A DNA stretch of 64,000 nucleotides from assembly GCA_051362555.1 (NCBI GenBank), contig CM120642.1, positions 2,728,001 through 2,792,000 of the forward strand, in the 5' to 3' direction. Shown one piece after another: positions 25,241-37,200 of this stretch. The notes beneath the pieces are model-generated. The model saw nothing but the letters and a program-made list of their open reading frames with translations. It ran no database searches and was not told where the DNA came from. Both the position numbers and the translations under genes were made by a program. Positions within the stretch are counted from its first letter, which is position 1. Every line of letters starts with the position of its first letter. This stretch comes from Lingula anatina. Lineage: Eukaryota > Animalia > Brachiopoda.

Positions 25241-28200
25241 TATATATTTTATATTCTTATCAATTTTAATAAATATGTACATTAACACATTACAGGGTGG
25301 GTATTATAGAGGCCTCAGCAATACGAAACCTGAAGGAAAGAATCTTTGCCTCTGGTCTAGAACTAAAACGAGAGTTCCAGAAATTTGATCCAGAAAATAC
25401 AGGTATTGTCTTATTTACGTATGAAAACACATTGCTTTGGAAAATTATAAGTAGACTTGTATATTGACTTGTTAGCTGGTTGGAAACAAAAAGTGGCTTA
25501 ATTTTTCTTATCTTTTTCACTCTTACGCATACACATGTATCTTTACTTTGGCAGATTTTTCTCTAGCAAAATTTTCAATAGGAAATTGGTCCAAAATCCT
25601 ACAGGGTCATTGAGACATACATATATGTCCTAGATAGGAATCCTGTAGGACTCCCAATGGAATTTTTATGGAGTCCCATAGAGTCTTGCAGGATTCTTAT
25701 GGAGTCCCATAGAGTCTTGCAGGAATCCTATAGTCCCATAGAGTCTTGCAGGATTCCTATGGGACATCCCATAAGAAATTGCTGCAAGAGTTGTTTACAA
25801 TTATGCAGGAAATTGTAATTTCTGCATTTAATTACGTAGTGATTTCTACACAGAGCAGAGGTACCGGTGACATGAAAGCCACAGAAATATTTAAAACTTT
25901 TGCATTGATCATTACAGCTGTTCACTAAAAAAAGCTGTGAAATATTCGGCAGTCAGTAAAAATTTTCTGTCAATGTCTTTGGATTGCCATTGTTAAATTC
26001 TCCTTTTGGCAATGTTTTCAGGCAGACTTCATGTGATGGACTGGTGCTGTGCAATGGAGAATGTCTTACATATGGAGTTGCCATGGCGAACCCTCAGAGA
26101 AAAGTTAGTGGATGTGGATGCCGACGGAAAGGTCATAGTGACCACCATGTTTGATTTTTGCCAGATCCACTGCAATTTTACTACTGCTGTAAGTCACTTT
26201 GATTTAAAAGGATTAACAGGAGACGTTTGTTGCAAAGCACTACAATTTACAGGTTTTTTTAGTTATTATCTGTTACTTGCCAGGAAGCAATCGATAGATC
26301 TCCAAATTCATAAGTGCCTTACAAGAATATTTCAAGAATATATTTAGTATTTGGCTAATTTTTTTTTCAAAGATTTAGTTTCTGTATATGTAAGTCTGAC
26401 AATTATAACAATATTCTCAGTGTTTCAGTTTGGCACAAACACTTTACAAAATAATTTAACTATTTTAACTTAAAGAGAAAGGCAGAAGTGACCTACGTAA
26501 TACTGTGGGGATATTTAGTATAAAAATTGTATATAATGTCTGCCATAAATTTTATTTTATATTTTTACTTTATTATTCTGCAGCAAGAAGGCCCCAGTTT
26601 GACAGAAACTTTGTATAGAAATAAAGACAGCCTTGGAACCATATTTCGGATCATCGATAAAGACAATTCAGGTTTTTATTTTCATTGTTATTATTATTAT
26701 AAGGTTAATCTGTGTTATTGTACCACCAGCGTTAGCGCTGGCGGTACACATGGTTTTGGTCCCGTCCGGATCGTTCCGCCAGCTCCGCCGGACGGCTACC
26801 GTTACCGCTTCTCCTCCTAGACGGTAAGGGCCCCCGTACCCATCTCATGGATTTAGGTCACCTATAATCTCAACTTGTTCCACGTAAAATTTGGGCTTTG
26901 TCGGTATTGGTGTCTGGGTGTGGCACTCATTACAATGCACCCTTGTCTAAAAATGGCAAAATTAAATGCTAATTATCTACCCTACGGAAGGAGTTATGGG
27001 AAAAATTTCTATAGACGGCTTTCCAAAAGTCATATGTGTAGATTTCAAATATACCCTTGGATTTGACCTTTGACCTTTACTTCAAGGTCAAATGGGCCAA
27101 AATTTTCAAAAAAATGAAATTTTTTATGAAAAAAATTTTTTTTGTCCTGTTATTCAGACACTACACAGACTTAACCAATAATATTATTGGAAAGTGTTAC
27201 CCTTCAGGTCATCTTTCATCTCCATAAGTTTGGGGTCAATCGGTGCATTTTCACGGGAGTAGCGGCCATAAGATACCGAAACTGAAAACTGTCTCTAATT
27301 CGGGAACTGTTAATGCTAGAGACCCATTCTTTTTTGCATTTTGTAGAGCATGTAAAGCCCAACACTGGAGGTGGTCTCGTTTTTTTTGTATTCCATACGG
27401 TTTTCGAGTTACGCTGTATCAAAAAGTACATATTGGTGGTAATGGATAATAAATTTTGAACTCTGGAAAAATAAAACATAAGGCTTGGCAAAGCAGACAA
27501 CTTGTGTTCAAAAATGACATTATTTCATCAAATTTGAACTTCTGAAACTTCAGAGCACCTCCTATTTCAAGAATTTTGACCAAAATGACATTTTCTTTAT
27601 TTTAATTAATTTTTTCTGTACAAAATTTAAGGCACATTATGGTAACTCCAAAATTATAACATTTAGTCCCTTATATCTCCAAAACTGGCAGAGATAGGTC
27701 CATAGTTACTATTAAAGTTGAATAGGAAGTCATATACTGGCAATCTTACTGTGACCTTGAAATTGACCTTTGACCTACTTTTCACCATGAACTGAACTTT
27801 GCAAATTTTGCTTCCCTTTTATCTCCAAAACTGGCAGAGATAGGTCCATAGTTACTATTGAACTTGAATAGAAAGTCATATACTGGCAATCTAAATGTGA
27901 CCTTACAATTGACCTTTGACCTACTTTTCACCATGAACTGAACTTTGCAAAATTTGCTTCCCTTTTATCTCCAAAACTGGCTGAGATAGGTCCATAGTTA
28001 GTATTGAACTTGAATAGAAAGTTATATACTGGCAATCTAAATGTGACCTTGAAATTGACCTTTGACCTACTTTTCACCATGAATTGAACTTTGCAAATTT
28101 TGCTTTCCTTTTATCTCCAAAACTGGCAGAGATAGGTCCGTAGTTACTATTGAACTTCAATAGGAAGTCATATACTGGCAATCTAAATGTGACCTTAAAA

Positions 28201-31200
28201 TTGACCTTTGACCTACTTTTCACCATGAACTGAACTTTGCAAAATTTGCTTCCCTTTTATCTCCAAAACTGGCTGAGATAGGTCCATAGTTAGTATTGAA
28301 CTTGAAGAGAAAGTCATATACTGGCAATCTAAATGTGACCTTAAAATTGACCTTTGACCTACTTTTCACCATGAACTGAACTTTGCAAAATTTGCTTCCC
28401 TTTTATCTCCAAAACTGGCAGAGATAGGTCCATAGTTAGTATTGAACTTGAATAGAAAGTCATATACTGGCAATCTAAATGTGACCTTGAAATTGACCTT
28501 TGACCTACTTTTCACCATGAATTGAACTTTGCAAATTTTGCTTTCCTTTTATCTCCAAAACTGGCAGAGATAGGTCCATAGTTACTATTGAACTTGAATA
28601 GGAAGTCATATACTGGCAATCTATATGTGACCTTAAAATTGACCTTTGACCTACATTTCACCATGAATTGAACTTTGCAAATTTTGCTTTCCTTTTATCT
28701 CCAGAACTGGCAGAGATATGTCCGTAGTTACTATTGAACTTGAATAGGAAGTCATATACTGGCAATCTATATGTGACCTTAAAATTGACCTTTGACCTAC
28801 TTTTCACCATGAACTGAACTTTGCAAATTTTTCTTCCCTTTTATCTCCAAAACTGGCAGAGATAGGTCCATAGTTACTATTGAACTTGAATAGGAAGTCA
28901 TATACTGGCAATCTAAATGTGACATAAAAATTGACCTTTGACTTACTTTACACCATGAACTGAATTTTGCAAATTTTGCTTTTCTTTTATCTCCAAAACT
29001 GGCTGAGATAGGTCGGTAGTTACTATTGAACTTGAATAGAAAGTCATATACTGGCAATCTAAATGTGACCTTAAAATTGACCTTTGACCTACTTTTCACC
29101 ATAAACTGAACTTTGCAAATTTTTCTTCCCTTTTATCTCCAAAACTGGCAGAGATAGGTCCATAGTTAGTATTGAACTTGAATAGAAAGTCATATACTGG
29201 CAATCTAAATGTGACCTTGAAATTGACCTTTGACCTACTTTTCACCATGAATTGAACTTTGCAAATTTTGCTTTCCTTTTATCTCCAAAACTGGCAGAGA
29301 TAGGTCCGTAGTTACTATTGAACTTCAATAGGAAGTCATATACTGGCAATCTATATGTGACCTTAAAATTGACCTTTGACCTACTTTTCACCATGAATTG
29401 AACTTTGCAAATTTTGCTTTCCTTTTATCTCCAAAACTGGCAGAGATAGGTCCATAGTTAGTATTGAACTTGAATAGGAAGTCATATACTGGCAATCTAT
29501 ATGTGACCTTAAAATTGACCTTTGACCTACTTTTCACCATGAACTGAACTTTGCAAATTTTTCTTCCCTTTTATCTCCAAAACTGGCAGAGATAGGTCCA
29601 TAGTTACTATTGAACTTGAATAGGAAGTCATATACTGGCAATCTAAATGTGACATAAAAATTGACCTTTGACTTACTTTACACCATGAACCGAATTTTGC
29701 AAATTTTGCTTTTCTTTTATCTCCAAAACTGGCTGAGATAGGTCGGAAGTTACTATTGAACTTGAATAGAAAGTCATATACTGGCAATCTAAATGTGACC
29801 TTAAAATTGACCTTTGACCTACTTTTCACCATAAACTGAACTTTGCAAATTTTTCTTCCCTTTTATCTCCAAAACTGGCAGAGGTAGGTCCATAGTTACT
29901 ATTGAACTTGAATAGGAAGTCATATACTGGCAATCTAAATGTGACCTTAAAATTGACCTTTGACCTACTTTTCACCATGAATTGAACTTTGCAAATTTTG
30001 CTTTCCTTTTATCTCCAAAACTGGCAGAGATAGGTCCATAGTTAGTATTGAACTTGAATAGAAAGTCATATACTGGCAATCTAAATGTGACCTTGAAATT
30101 GACCTTTGACCTACTTTTCACCATGAATTGAACTTTGCAAATTTTGCTTTCCTTTTATCTCCAAAACTGGCAGAGATAGGTCCGTAGTTACTATTGAACT
30201 TCAATAGGAAGTCATATACTGGCAATCTAAATGTGACCTTAAAATTGACCTTTGACCTACTTTTCACCATGAACTGAACTTTGCAAAATTTGCTTCCCTT
30301 TTATCTCCAAAACTGGCTGAGATAGGTCCATAGTTAGTATTGAACTTGAATAGAAAGTCATATACTGGCAATCTAAATGTGACCATGAAATTGACCTTTG
30401 ACCTACTTTTCACCATGAACTGAATTTTGCAAATTTTGCTTTTCTTTTATCTCCAAAACTGGCTGAGATAGGTCGGCAGTTACTATTGAACTTGAATAGG
30501 AAGTCATATACTGGCAATCTAAATGTGACCTTAAAATTGACCTTTGACCTACTTTACACCATGAACTGAATTTTGCAAATTTTGCTTTTCTTTTATCTCC
30601 AAAACTGGTTGAGATAGGTCGGTAGTTACTATTGAACTTGAATAGAAAGTCATATACTGGCAATCTAAATGTGACCTTGAAGTTGACCTTTGACCTACTT
30701 TTCACCATGAATTGAACTTTGCAAATTTTGCTTTCCTTTTATCTCCAAAACTGGCAGAGATAGGTCCGTAGTTACTATTGAACTTGAATAGGAAGTCATA
30801 TACTGGCAATCTATATGTGACCTTAAAATTGACCTTTGACCTACTTTTCACCATGAATTGAACTTTGCAAATTTTGCTTTCCTTTTATCTCCAGAACTGG
30901 CAGAGATAGGTCCGTAGTTACTATTGAACTTGAATAGGAAGTCATATACTGGCAATCTATATGTGACCTTAAAATTGACCTTTGACCTACTTTTCACCAT
31001 GAACTGAACTTTGCAAAATTTGCTTCCCTTTTATCTCCAAAACTGGCTGAAATAGGTCCATAGTTAGTATTGAACTTGAATAGAAAGTCATATACTGGCA
31101 ATCTAAATGTGACCTTGAAATTGACCTTTGACCTACTTTACACCATGAATTGAACTTTGCAAATTTTGCTTTCCTTTTATCTCCAAAACTGGCAGAGATA

Positions 31201-34200
31201 GGTCCATAGTTACTATTGAACTTGAATAGAAAGTCATATACTGGCAATCTAAATGTGACCTTAAAATTGACCTTTGACCTACTTTTCACCATGAACTGAA
31301 CTTTGCAAAATTTGCTTCCCTTTTATCTCCAAAACTGGCTGAGATAGGTCCATAGTTAGTATTGAACTTGAAGAGAAAGTCATATACTGGCAATCTAAAT
31401 GTGACCTTAAAATTGACCTTTGACCTACTTTTCACCATGAACTGAACTTTGCAAAATTTCCTTCCCTTTTATCTCCAAAACTGGCAGAGATAGGTCCATA
31501 GTTAGTATTGAACTTGAATAGAAAGTCATATACTGGCAATCTAAATGTGACCTTGAAATTGACCTTTGACCTACTTTTCACCATGAATTGAACTTTGCAA
31601 ATTTTGCTTTCCTTTTATCTCCAAAACTGGCAGAGATAGGTCCATAGTTACTATTGAACTTGAATAGGAAGTCATATACTGGCAATCTATATGTGACCTT
31701 AAAATTGACCTTTGACCTACATTTCACCATGAATTGAACTTTGCAAATTTTGCTTTCCTTTTATCTCCAGAACTGGCAGAGATATGTCCGTAGTAACTAT
31801 TGAACTTGAATAGGAAGTCATATACTGGCAATCTATATGTGACCTTAAAATTGACCTTTGACCTACTTTTCACCATGAACTGAACTTTGCAAATTTTTCT
31901 TCCCTTTTATCTCCAAAACTGGCAGAGATAGGTCCATAGTTACTATTGAACTTGAATAGGAAGTCATATACTGGCAATCTAAATGTGACATAAAAATTGA
32001 CCTTTGACTTACTTTACACCATGAACTGAATTTTGCAAATTTTGCTTTTCTTTTATCTCCAAAACTGGCTGAGATAGGTCGGTAGTTACTATTGAACTTG
32101 AATAGAAAGTCATATACTGGCAATCTAAATGTGACCTTAAAATTGACCTTTGACCTACTTTTCACCATAAACTGAACTTTGCAAATTTTTCTTCCCTTTT
32201 ATCTCCAAAACTGGCAGAGATAGGTCCATAGTTAGTATTGAACTTGAATAGAAAGTCATATACTGGCAATCTAAATGTGACCTTGAAATTGACCTTTGAC
32301 CTACTTTTCACCATGAATTGAACTTTGCAAATTTTGCTTTCCTTTTATCTCCAAAACTGGCAGAGATAGGTCCGTAGTTACTATTGAACTTCAATAGGAA
32401 GTCATATACTGGCAATCTATATGTGACCTTAAAATTGACCTTTGACCTACTTTTCACCATGAATTGAACTTTGCAAATTTTGCTTTCCTTTTATCTCCAA
32501 AACTGGCAGAGATAGGTCCATAGTTAGTATTGAACTTGAATAGGAAGTCATATACTGGCAATCTATATGTGACCTTAAAATTGACCTTTGACCTACTTTT
32601 CACCATGAACTGAACTTTGCAAATTTTTCTTCCCTTTTATCTCCAAAACTGGCAGAGATAGGTCCATAGTTACTATTGAACTTGAATAGGAAGTCATATA
32701 CTGGCAATCTAAATGTGACATAAAAATTGACCTTTGACTTACTTTACACCATGAACCGAATTTTGCAAATTTTGCTTTTCTTTTATCTCCAAAACTGGCT
32801 GAGATAGGTCGGTAGTTACTATTGAACTTGAATAGAAAGTCATATACTGGCAATCTAAATGTGACCTTAAAATTGACCTTTGACCTACTTTTCACCATAA
32901 ACTGAACTTTGCAAATTTTTCTTCCCTTTTATCTCCAAAACTGGCAGAGGTAGGTCCATAGTTACTATTGAACTTGAATAGTAAGTCATATACTGGCAAT
33001 CTAAATGTGACCTTAAAATTGACCTTTGACCTACTTTTCACCATGAATTGAACTTTGCAAATTTTGCTTTCCTTTTATCTCCAAAACTGGCAGAGATAGG
33101 TCCATAGTTAGTATTGAACTTGAATAGAAAGTCATATACTGGCAATCTAAATGTGACCTTGAAATTGACCTTTGACCTACTTTTCACCATGAATTGAACT
33201 TTGCAAATTTTGCTTTCCTTTTATCTCCAAAACTGGCAGAGATAGGTCCGTAGTTACTATTGAACTTCAATAGGAAGTCATATACTGGCAATCTAAATGT
33301 GACCTTAAAATTGACCTTTGACCTACTTTTCACCATGAACTGAACTTTGCAAAATTTGCTTCCCTTTTATCTCCAAAACTGGCTGAGATAGGTCCATAGT
33401 TAGTATTGAACTTGAATAGAAAGTCATATACTGGCAATCTAAATGTGACCATGAAATTGACCTTTGACCTACTTTTCACCATGAACTGAATTTTGCAAAT
33501 TTTGCTTTTCTTTTATCTCCAAAACTGGCTGAGATAGGTCGGCAGTTACTATTGAACTTGAATAGGAAGTCATATACTGGCAATCTAAATGTGACCTTAA
33601 AATTGACCTTTGACCTACTTTACACCATGAACTGAATTTTGCAAATTTTGCTTTTCTTTTATCTCCAAAACTGGTTGAGATAGGTCCGTAGTTACTATTG
33701 AACTTGAATAGAAAGTCATATACTGGCAATCTAAATGTGACCTTGAAGTTGACCTTTGACCTACTTTTCACCATGAATTGAACTTTGCAAATTTTGCTTT
33801 CCTTTTATCTCCAAAACTGGCAGAGATAGGTCGGTAGTTACTATTGAACTTGAATAGGAAGTCATATACTGGCAATCTATATGTGACCTTAAAATTGACC
33901 TTTGACCTACTTTTCACCATGAATTGAACTTTGCAAATTTTGCTTTCCTTTTATCTCCAGAACTGGCAGAGATAGGTCCGTAGTTACTATTGAACTTGAA
34001 TAGGAAGTCATATACTGGCAATCTATATGTGACCTTAAAATTGACCTTTGACCTACTTTTCACCATGAACTGAACTTTGCAAATTTTTCTTCCCTTTTAT
34101 CTCCAAAACTGGCAGAGATAGGTCCATAGTTACTATTGAACTTGAATAGAAAGTCATATACTGGCAATCTAAATGTGACCTTAAAATTGACCTTTGACCT

Positions 34201-37200
34201 ACTTTTCACCATAAACTGAACTTTGCAAATTTTTCTTCCCTTTTATCTCCAAAACTGGCAGAGATAGGTCCATAGTTACTATTGAACTTGAATAGGAAGT
34301 CATATACTGGCAATCTATATGTGACCTTAAAATTGACCTTTGACCTACTTTTCACCATGAACTGAACTTTGCAAAATTTGCTTCCCTTTTATCTCCAAAA
34401 CTGGCTGAGATAGGTCCATAGTTAGTATTGAACTTGAATAGAAAGTCATATACTGGCAATCTAAATGTGACCTTGAAATTGACCTTTGACCTACTTTACA
34501 CCATGAATTGAACTTTGCAAATTTTGCTTTCCTTTTATCTCCAAAACTGGCAGAGATAGGTCCATAGTTAGTATTGAACTTGAATAGGAAGTCATATACT
34601 GGCAATCTATATGTGACCTTAAAATTGACCTTTGACCTACTTTTCACCATGAACTGAACTTTGCAAATTTTTCTTCCCTTTTATCTCCAAAACTGGCAGA
34701 GATAGGTCCATAGTTACTATTGAACTTGAATAGGAAGTCATATACTGGCAATCTAAATGTGACATAAAAATTGACCTTTGACTTACTTTACACCATGAAC
34801 TGAATTTTGCAAATTTTGCTTTTCTTTTATCTCCAAAACTGGCTGAGATAGGTCGGTAGTTTCTATTGAACTTGAATAGAAAGTCATATACTGGCAATCT
34901 AAATGTGACCTTAAAATTGACCTTTGACCTACTTTTCACCATAAACTGAACTTTGCAAATTTTTCTTCCCTTTTATCTCCAAAACTGGCAGAGATAGGTC
35001 CATAGTTACTATTGAACTTGAATAGGAAGTCATATACTGGCAATCTAAATGTGACCTTAAAATTGACCTTTGACCTACTTTTCACCATGAATTGAACTTT
35101 GCAAATTTTGCTTTCCTTTTATCTCCAAAACTGGCAGAGATAGGTCCATAGTTAGTATTGAACTTGAATAGAAAGTCATATACTGGCAATCTAAATGTGA
35201 CCTTGAAATTGACCTTTGACCTACTTTTCACCATGAATTGAACTTTGCAAATTTTGCTTTCCTTTTATCTCCAAAACTGGCAGAGATAGGTCCGTAGTTA
35301 CTATTGAACTTGAATAGGAAGTCATATACTGGCAATCTAAATGTGACCTTAAAATTGACCTTTGACCTACTTTTCACCATGAACTGAACTTTGCAAAATT
35401 TGCTTCCCTTTTATCTCCAAAACTGGCTGAGATAGGTCCATAGTTAGTATTGAACTTGAATAGAAAGTCATATACTGGCAATCTAAATGTGACCATGAAA
35501 TTGACCTTTGACCTACTTTTCACCATGAACTGAATTTTGCAAATTTTGCTTTTCTTTTATCTCCAAAACTGGCTGAGATAGGTCGGCAGTTACTATTGAA
35601 CTTGAATAGGAAGTCATATACTGGCAATCTAAATGTGACCTTAAAATTGACCTTTGACCTACTTTACACCATGAACTGAATTTTGCAAATTTTGCTTTTC
35701 TTTTATCTCCAAAACTGGTTGAGATAGGTCGGTAGTTACTATTGAACTTGAATAGAAAGTCATATACTGGCAATCTAAATGTGACCTTGAAGTTGACCTT
35801 TGACCTACTTTTCACCATGAATTGAACTTTGCAAATTTTGCTTTCCTTTTATCTCCAAAACTGGCAGAGATAGGTCGGTAGTTACTATTGAACTTGAATA
35901 GGAAGTCATATACTGGCAATCTATATGTGACCTTAAAATTGACCTTTGACCTACTTTTCACCATGAATTGAACTTTGCAAATTTTGCTTTCCTTTTATCT
36001 CCAGAACTGGCAGAGATAGGTCCGTAGTTACTATTGAACTTGAATAGGAAGTCATATACTGGCAATCTATATGTGACCTTAAAATTGACCTTTGACCTAC
36101 TTTTCACCATGAACTGAACTTTGCAAATTTTTCTTCCCTTTTATCTCCAAAACTGGCAGAGATAGGTCCATAGTTAGTATTGAACTTGAATAGAAAGTCA
36201 TATACTGGCAATCTAAATGTGACCTTGAAATTGACCTTTGACCTACTTTTCACCATGAATTGAACTTTGCAAATTTTGCTTTCCTTTTATCTCCAAAACT
36301 GGCAGAGATAGGTCCGTAGTTACTATTGAACTTCAAAAGGAAGTCATATACTGGCAATCTAAATGTGACCTTAAAATTGACCTTTGACCTACTTTTCACC
36401 ATGAACTGAACTTTGCAAAATTTGCTTCCCTTTTATCTCCAAAACTGGCTGAGATAGGTCCATAGTTAGTATTGAACTTGAATAGAAAGTCATATACTGG
36501 CAATCTAAATGTGACCATGAAATTGACCTTTGACCTACTTTTCACCATGAACTGAATTTTGCAAATTTTGCTTTTCTTTTATCTCCAAAACTGGCTGAGA
36601 TAGGTCCATAGTTACTATTGAACTTGAATAGGAAGTCATATACTGGCAATCTAAATGTGACCTTAAAATTGACCTTTGACCTACTTTACACCATGAACTG
36701 AATTTTGCAAATTTTGCTTTTCTTTTATCTCCAAAACTGGTTGAGATAGGTCGGTAGTTACTATTGAACTTGAATAGAAAGTCATATACTGGCAATCTAA
36801 ATGTGACCTTGAAGTTGACCTTTGACCTACTTTTCACCATGAATTGAACTTTGCAAATTTTGCTTTCCTTTTATCTCCAAAACTGGCAGAGATAGGTCGG
36901 TAGTTACTATTGAACTTGAATAGGAAGTCATATACTGGCAATCTATATGTGACCTTAAAATTGACCTTTGACCTACTTTTCACCATGAATTGAACTTTGC
37001 AAATTTTGCTTTCCTTTTATCTCCAGAACTGGCAGAGATAGGTCCGTAGTTACTATTGAACTTGAATAGGAAGTCATATACTGGCAATCTATATGTGACC
37101 TTAAAATTGACCTTTGACCTACTTTTCACCATGAACTGAACTTTGCAAATTTTTCTTCCCTTTTATCTCCAAAACTGGCAGAGATAGGTCCATAGTTACT

